DNA of 63,198 nucleotides, filler included, from Licmophora abbreviata (taxonomy: Eukaryota): assembly GCA_900291995.1 (NCBI GenBank). It is 6 parts of 6 records of this genome, joined end to end, with 100 filler letters (N's around TTAATTAATTAA, not from the genome) between each part and the next. Parts side by side here need not be neighbours in the genome. Positions count along the whole stretch, not along the records: positions 51,380 to 61,856 come from OLMU01003306.1; positions 61,957 to 63,198 come from OLMU01003310.1; 4 more parts are not named here. The stretch is one strand, 5' to 3'. The position numbers were made by a program, and so were the translations under genes. Shown one piece after another: positions 57,649-63,198 of the stretch (its first letter is position 1; every line of letters begins with the position of its first letter). Below the pieces are notes generated by a model that was given only the letters and a program-made list of their open reading frames with translations, ran no database searches and was not told the origin of the DNA.

Positions 57649-58311
57649 CTAACACTGATTCACCTTCTGGCGAGCTGCAGCAATCAGTTCTCGCTCGTCA
57701 ATACTCAGTCCCTGATATGAACAGGTCACTCGGTTGGTTAGACTGGCGTGGGCTCCCGAAAACACAAGCACATCCAATCTTTCTCTACACAACACACAGT
57801 AGGACTACGTACCCAGACAGGCTCGCCTTTGATGCACTCCAAACGGTTCAAGCATTCCATAGTCTCTGGGGTCGTCATGAGCTTCTTGATCTTGTTTCGC
57901 ACTTCAATCGACTTTTCGAGTGGTTCCTTTTCGAGCAAATCCTCAAGAAGTTCGACCTCGTCCATAAGCTGCATGACGTGCTTGACGTCGGTGGCCAGAG
58001 CCAACATTTCGGGACGATGCGGCTCTGATTTCGTCAACACTCGGGACCCTCCTGATCCGTAGTATCCGCCCTGACCTTTGGTGGCTTGTCCTCCAGAGTA
58101 CTACCGAGTAAGCGAACGAAAGCCAGAGAGCACTCAGTGAGAAAAGAGGATCGCAAATAGAATATGCTTGGCTGGTCATTTCTCTTACCGTGACGCTTCC
58201 TTGATCGCTATACATCGTACGAAGCACCACCTGCATAGTACGGGGGGAATGTCCTGTCACCAAGCGCGACTGAGCGAGAGCTCGCGACGCAAGACGGGCC
58301 TGAAACACCAT
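57649..58311 (-). CDS. Hypothetical protein with mitochondrial-type presequence, 3 exons (58311-58189, 58100-57813, 57711-57649)
   Basis: MVFQARLASRALAQSRL..; GT-AG introns join SVT|YSGGQATKGQGGYYGSGGSR..GEPVW|GLSIDERELIAAARQKVNQC in frame. Confidence 0.72.
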
Positions 58312-58684
58312 GGTCACGATGAGAAGCTTTTTTTGATGTGTTCTGTTTTGTGCGAAAGTTCTTCATCAGCAGCTGAACTCTGAATTCTGCGTAGCACATG
58401 GTACAAGGCGTACGTTAGTACAAAACTAACGTAGAATGTACATAAAATGGGGTGCTGTTAGGGTTCAACCCTGAGCTGATGTCGGGTTTATTAGACTGAA
58501 TCAATCAATCAATCGTTACCGATAGGGTAGGTTAGGAGTCAGTCTTTATCATTGACTCTAGTAGTAGCGAGTTGATGCCCGGAACAAAACGCAGAAACCC
58601 AGCACGTCTTCTAAAATACCAAGGTCCTCAGAAACGCTATGGCTACTAGCTAGCTACTGAAAGCACCATGTCACAATTGCAATT

Positions 58685-60683
58685 TTAAAGCTCTGATCTA
58701 TCGTCATCACTCCGTGCAGGTTCCTCCTCGCATGGTTGTTGTGTCTCTGGTCGAGGTATGTTTCGCCACGCGTCAGGAATCATGTCGTCTGGAAAGTGCA
58801 TTTCATGTCGAAAGACATTCGGTAGGTGCAGGTCTGTTGAAGCAGTTGCGTCAATGAAGCGAATACCACTCCGAGGCACCGCTTGTACCATCATTTCACC
58901 ATGCAGCGAAACGTCGTACAGCGTCTCTCCGTCGTCATTCATGTACCGATAGTCGATGCCGCATTCAATACCCTTTTCATTGATATCCCATGGATCTTCT
59001 TCCCCCGTCAAATAGTCCAGCATATCCTGCTCACGGACACTGGGATGGCATCGTAGAAGAATATTCTCTGGGTACGGGTCGAGCTCCTGCTCCGCGTAAG
59101 TACGAAGCATAGCACTCGCCATGTCGCGGTTCCATACTTCGGCTGGTGCATAATTTTCAGATTCGACCGGGCCCTTCCATGTCTCCACATGTACCTGCCA
59201 CGCAGCCTCGAACGCATCGCCGTAATCAAGAAAAATCTCTTCATCGGGGAGAATGTCGCGGAGGGCGATAAAATCAATCGACAGACTCGTCTTGTAGTCC
59301 CACTTCATGTCTTTAGGAGTCAAATCAAACCATGATGAGTTGTGATGCATCTCACCGTCTTTGGACCATTGAATTTTGACGTTAGCAAGCGTCTGATTGT
59401 GATTGATATAGTTGACCGCTGCACCGTATGGAGCCAGCAAGAGAGTCGTGTCGGGATGTCCGAAGGCGTAGTTCAGCAGCAATTGCTTACCGATGACCTT
59501 GTCGCCATTCCGTTCTGTTGTCCCGTCTCCATCCAAGTCTTCCCATTGATAAATATTCAAATAGTTTCGATCGACAATGGTGAGGAGAGGCGAAGACGTA
59601 ATGACAGTATGTTTGGGCAAATAGTGTTTCGTAAAAGCTCCACGCGCCGCCTGCGGTAGTGTTGAATGCGGCCTCGGCTCCAAATGATCAATGCATCGCC
59701 CATGCTCAATGAGCCACTCCCTCGATCGAGTCGCATTCGGCTGGTGCAGTGCACGAATCCCATATTCCGCCACGAGCTTCGCCTCTTCCTTGGAGTTGGG
59801 CAACGCATTCGACGTGCGAGATTCCCATGGAATCGTCTTGACAACACCCTCCCAGAAATCTCCCTTGGCAGTTTCCGAGGGAAAGGGAAGCTGATCAAAA
59901 TTGTACACTATCTCTTCGGCGCGGTCATGATCTTCAATGAGCGGGATCAATCCGAATGATTCCGTTCGTGTCGTAAACCTGTTTGTGCCCATCAATGAGG
60001 GGGTGCGTGAGGGCGAGTCAAGACCGAAGAAAGGTTTATCAAAGCAAAATAACAAAGACTCCTTACCAGTTTTCCCCGTAAAACTTGAAGAGCTCTCCTC
60101 CTGCGGGAATGTCTGCTATCACAAGCGTTGTTCCATTCTGATAAGGCGAGTACGTCCCGACTCCCGGATCTCGATCTCTCCCTAGCTGCGTCGCTACATC
60201 GTAGACAGGGTCTGCCTTGCCGACATTGATCAATGCTAAATTGCAATTCACAGCACAGTCCAGGCCTGGACAGTAGGCTTCAATGTCATCGGAATCCGTC
60301 TCTTGCTCCATCCCCATGACATGGCCGCCCCACACATAGTCATCCAGTGGCCAGAACCACGTTTCACGATCATTGTGCCAATTCATGTCCATGAGAGGGA
60401 TGCACATGTCGCCGTCGCCTACTTTCTCGTCGACATGGCGATCAATGGCGGTAAAGATGCCCATTCCCGCCTTTGGGATCGTCGATTCGGCCAAATACAA
60501 AGTACAGGTTTCATGCGGCAATGCGTAGGTTTCGTGTGGAGTGTCTCTTGGAGCCGTGGAAGAGCCAGCTTGGACGAAAAGGATGGCTGGATCGTACAAG
60601 ATGCTAAACAGCACTACTCTGAGGAATCCTGAATAGCGAAATAAGTCTTTGGAGGCGCCGTGGCGTGCCGTTCGCTTGGCCAT
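58685..60683 (-). CDS. Secretory-pathway tandem SET-domain protein (diatom BacSET-like), 2 exons (60683-60067, 59978-58685)
   Basis: Hydrophobic N-terminal segment; LAESTIPKAGMGIFT..DIPAGGELFKFYG and STLPQAARGAFT..YINH..RDILPDEEIFLDYG; C-terminal RSEL. Confidence 0.8.
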
Positions 60684-60981
60684 GGTGAGACGGACGTGAG
60701 GAGTCGAGTCGGCGTCTTTGCTTTTTTGTGGGTGGGTTTGAGTGAGTCGAAGTTTGGTTCTCTCAGGGAATGTCGTGAGTTTGTCGTATACATAAGTAAA
60801 AATGTCAGGACTGCGTTGCGAGCTAGAGAACCCTTTGGTACTAATTCATGGTACACTTCTACGTACAACAAAAATCAGTACACAATCAACGAAAACGTCA
60901 ACCTGTGGTGGGCAAGCATTGACCAAACTTCAAACTTCATCAAACTTCCAACACGACGCGGCGCACTACAGCACCATCACC

Positions 60982-61710
60982 ATGGCGGACGAAGACGAAG
61001 CCACCGCGGCTACCAACGAAGAAGAGACCGATGTAGCGGCCATGCTGGATCTCTCCAAGAAGAAGAAGAAAAAGAAGAAGAAAGATAAGAGCAAGAGCAG
61101 CTCGAAAACAGCCAGCGGCGACGCTCCCACCGAATCTCGGACTGATTTGAGCGAACAGCAAACTATGCTATTGGAACAGGATGAGATTCAAGAACGGGAA
61201 GATCCGTACGATCGCAAGGCAGAATATACCTACGAGGAACTTCTGGAACGTGTCGTGTCCTTACTGCAGGCCAACAATCCAGATTTGGTCGAAAAGAAGC
61301 GCCGAAACATCAAACCTCCGCAGCTGACCTTGCTGTCTTCCAAAAAGACCCTTTGGGTCAACTTTCAGGAGATCTGTAGCATGATGCAGCGTTCTCCGGA
61401 TCATGTCTATCAGTTCTTTATGGCAGAACTCGGAACAGAGGGTAGTATCGATGGTAACCAGCGATTGGTGATTCGTGGAAAGTACGTCCCCAAGTATATT
61501 GAAAGTTTGCTCCGCAAATATGTCGTGGAGTACGTTACTTGTGAGATGTGTCGCTCGCCGAATACAGACCTCATCAGGGATCAGGGAAGTCGATTGTACT
61601 TTTGCAATTGTCGTGACTGTGGTAGTAGTCGAAGTGTAGCACCGATTCGGAGTGGATACCACGCTACCAGTCGTGCCGACAGACGGGCGGCGAGGAATGC
61701 CAAGGGATGA
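60982..61710 (+). CDS. EIF2S2: Translation initiation factor eIF2 beta
   Basis: Poly-Lys tract, YTYEELLERV, FFMAELGTEGSIDG, CEMCRSPNT..CRDCGS Zn ribbon. Confidence 0.96.
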   Translation: MADEDEATAATNEEETDVAAMLDLSKKKKKKKKKDKSKSSSKTASGDAPTESRTDLSEQQTMLLEQDEIQEREDPYDRKAEYTYEELLERVVSLLQANNPDLVEKKRRNIKPPQLTLLSSKKTLWVNFQEICSMMQRSPDHVYQFFMAELGTEGSIDGNQRLVIRGKYVPKYIESLLRKYVVEYVTCEMCRSPNTDLIRDQGSRLYFCNCRDCGSSRSVAPIRSGYHATSRADRRAARNAKG

Positions 61711-61856
61711 GGTAGCAAGCGAGGTCGGAGGAGAGCGGAGTAACAGCGAGAACGATAATGCATGTTGTTGTGGTGAACGTTATGAGCAGATTACGTTAGT
61801 AAGAGTAATTGGAAGCGTTCGGTCCCGCAATAGCCTGTGCCGTGGCTCGAAGCGCG

Positions 61857-61956
61857 NNNNNNNNNNNNNNNNNNNNNNNNNNNNNNNNNNNNNNNNNNNN
61901 TTAATTAATTAANNNNNNNNNNNNNNNNNNNNNNNNNNNNNNNNNNNNNNNNNNNN
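61857..61956. other. Assembly gap linker
   Basis: N44-TTAATTAATTAA-N44. Confidence 0.98.
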
Positions 61957-62239
61957 GCGAGTCAGCTACATATTTCCTTCCCGCGCAATTTATTTGCTGC
62001 TGTCGAGGTGCGAGCTCCCGGTAAAAATCTGCGCGCCAAATCATCACAGAAACAGAAACAAAACCCAAAACTAACTCGTTCGCAATCTCATTCGCGACCG
62101 TCGCACCCATGGTGAGATGGGGAGCTGTAATCTCCTGTTGACGACGTGATTGGGAATAGCGAGGGACTGAAATTCATGGATGAGCAGTGCAGAATGTCGA
62201 CGTGCTCCCGTGATTCTTTGATGCTGGCACTGCCGCGTC

Positions 62240-63198
62240 ATGAGGACCATCGCCTGCCGTCGCACTGCGACCATACTGCTGTTCGTGCTGTCGGTGGCAC
62301 AGCTGACTTGCACTATTCATGCTCGTCTATGGCACAGGAGAGGCAAGAAAGGGGTACGCGAAACGATTCAGTAGTTTTGTTGTCGGTGTGCTCATGCGTG
62401 TGTATATACGACCCTCACGTTCTGACCTCTCTGAATCTCAACAGGGCGCGAAGCATGGCAAAAAGCAGAAAAGCAAAAACAGTCACATAGTTGGCGGGAT
62501 TTTCAACAAAGGAAAAAAAGGTACCACCCCAAAAGGAATCAAACACACCCATCAGATTGGACCGCATGTTGCAAACTCGAATGATGTGCACGTTGTGGCA
62601 GACCGAACCTACCTCAAGCGACCATCGACCGTGATCACGCCAGCGCCTCCGGGACAGAGTCTAGCCAAAGTAGCAGCATATTACTATCCTTGGTGGGGCG
62701 ATGACTTTCATCGAGGGGCATTGTACATGCGGGGAGTACTCGAGCCGCCAATGCTTCCAGAACTGGGCAAATACAACGACACCGAGCCAGCTGTGATTGA
62801 TCAGCATCTCACATGGAGTCGACAAGCCAACATTCAAGTTTGGATTGCGTCGTGGTGGGGACCGGACAAACGTGAAGATGTGACATTACGTGATGTCATA
62901 CTGCCCCATCCAAATTTGGGGGATATGGAAATCTCATTGATCTACGAGACTCGAAATCGCGTCAAAGAAACAGAAGAAGACTCGGGTGTGTTCGATTTTA
63001 GCAATGTCATCCCAGATATCGAGCACATTGCGGACAACTACTTTGGTCACCCCAACTTTCTTCGAATAGGTGGACGCCCTGTCTTGTTCATGTATGTTTC
63101 GAGATTCTACAGCAATCGAGATGCTCTCGGAGAGCTTGTTGTTCTTATGCGACAAGCGGCAGCATCGCGGGGATACAATATCTTTGTCGTTGGCGATG
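62240..63198 (+). CDS. GH99-like endo-alpha-mannosidase/mannanase, partial (exons 62240-62353, 62445->63198)
   Basis: Manual translation; not in the ORF track. Signal peptide MRTIACRRTATILLFVLSVAQL; AAYYYPWW, LPELGKYN..VIDQHL, IASWWG, SLIYE, YFGHPNFLRIGGRPVLFMY. Confidence 0.8.

Overview
Gene-dense eukaryotic nuclear scaffold, very probably from a diatom. The evidence is a fucoxanthin-chlorophyll LHC and a fibrillin with bipartite ASAFAP-type plastid presequences, five DUF6824-type genes, a secretory-pathway SET protein, and short GT-AG introns. Five artificial 100-nt gaps (N44-TTAATTAATTAA-N44) join contigs, and several single-base frameshifts at short base runs look like pyrosequencing errors. 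About 35 protein-coding genes can be read. They include LSM4, Rab2, a Rab8-like GTPase, transketolase, an EF-hand/adenylate kinase fusion, CGI-121, YIPF6, TatD, an HRI-like eIF2-alpha kinase, ABCF1, eIF2-beta, three sulfotransferase-like genes, GT31 and GH99. LSM4 and GH99 are missed by the ORF track. The most striking item is a 4-exon gene at 4561-6386. It encodes a homolog of the phage thymidine-hypermodification helical enzymes (aGPT-PPlase1 / amino acid:DNA transferase-like) with basic NLS-like motifs and a C-terminal ADD/PHD-like zinc finger, which suggests a chromatin-targeted DNA base-modification system. Other highlights are a tandem DUF6824 array with TCACG-enriched upstream regions, a recurrent GAGTC-repeat promoter motif, an eIF2-centred gene neighbourhood and a sulfated-glycan gene cluster with a readable duplication breakpoint. 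All family assignments come from motif recognition by eye; no database searches were run.
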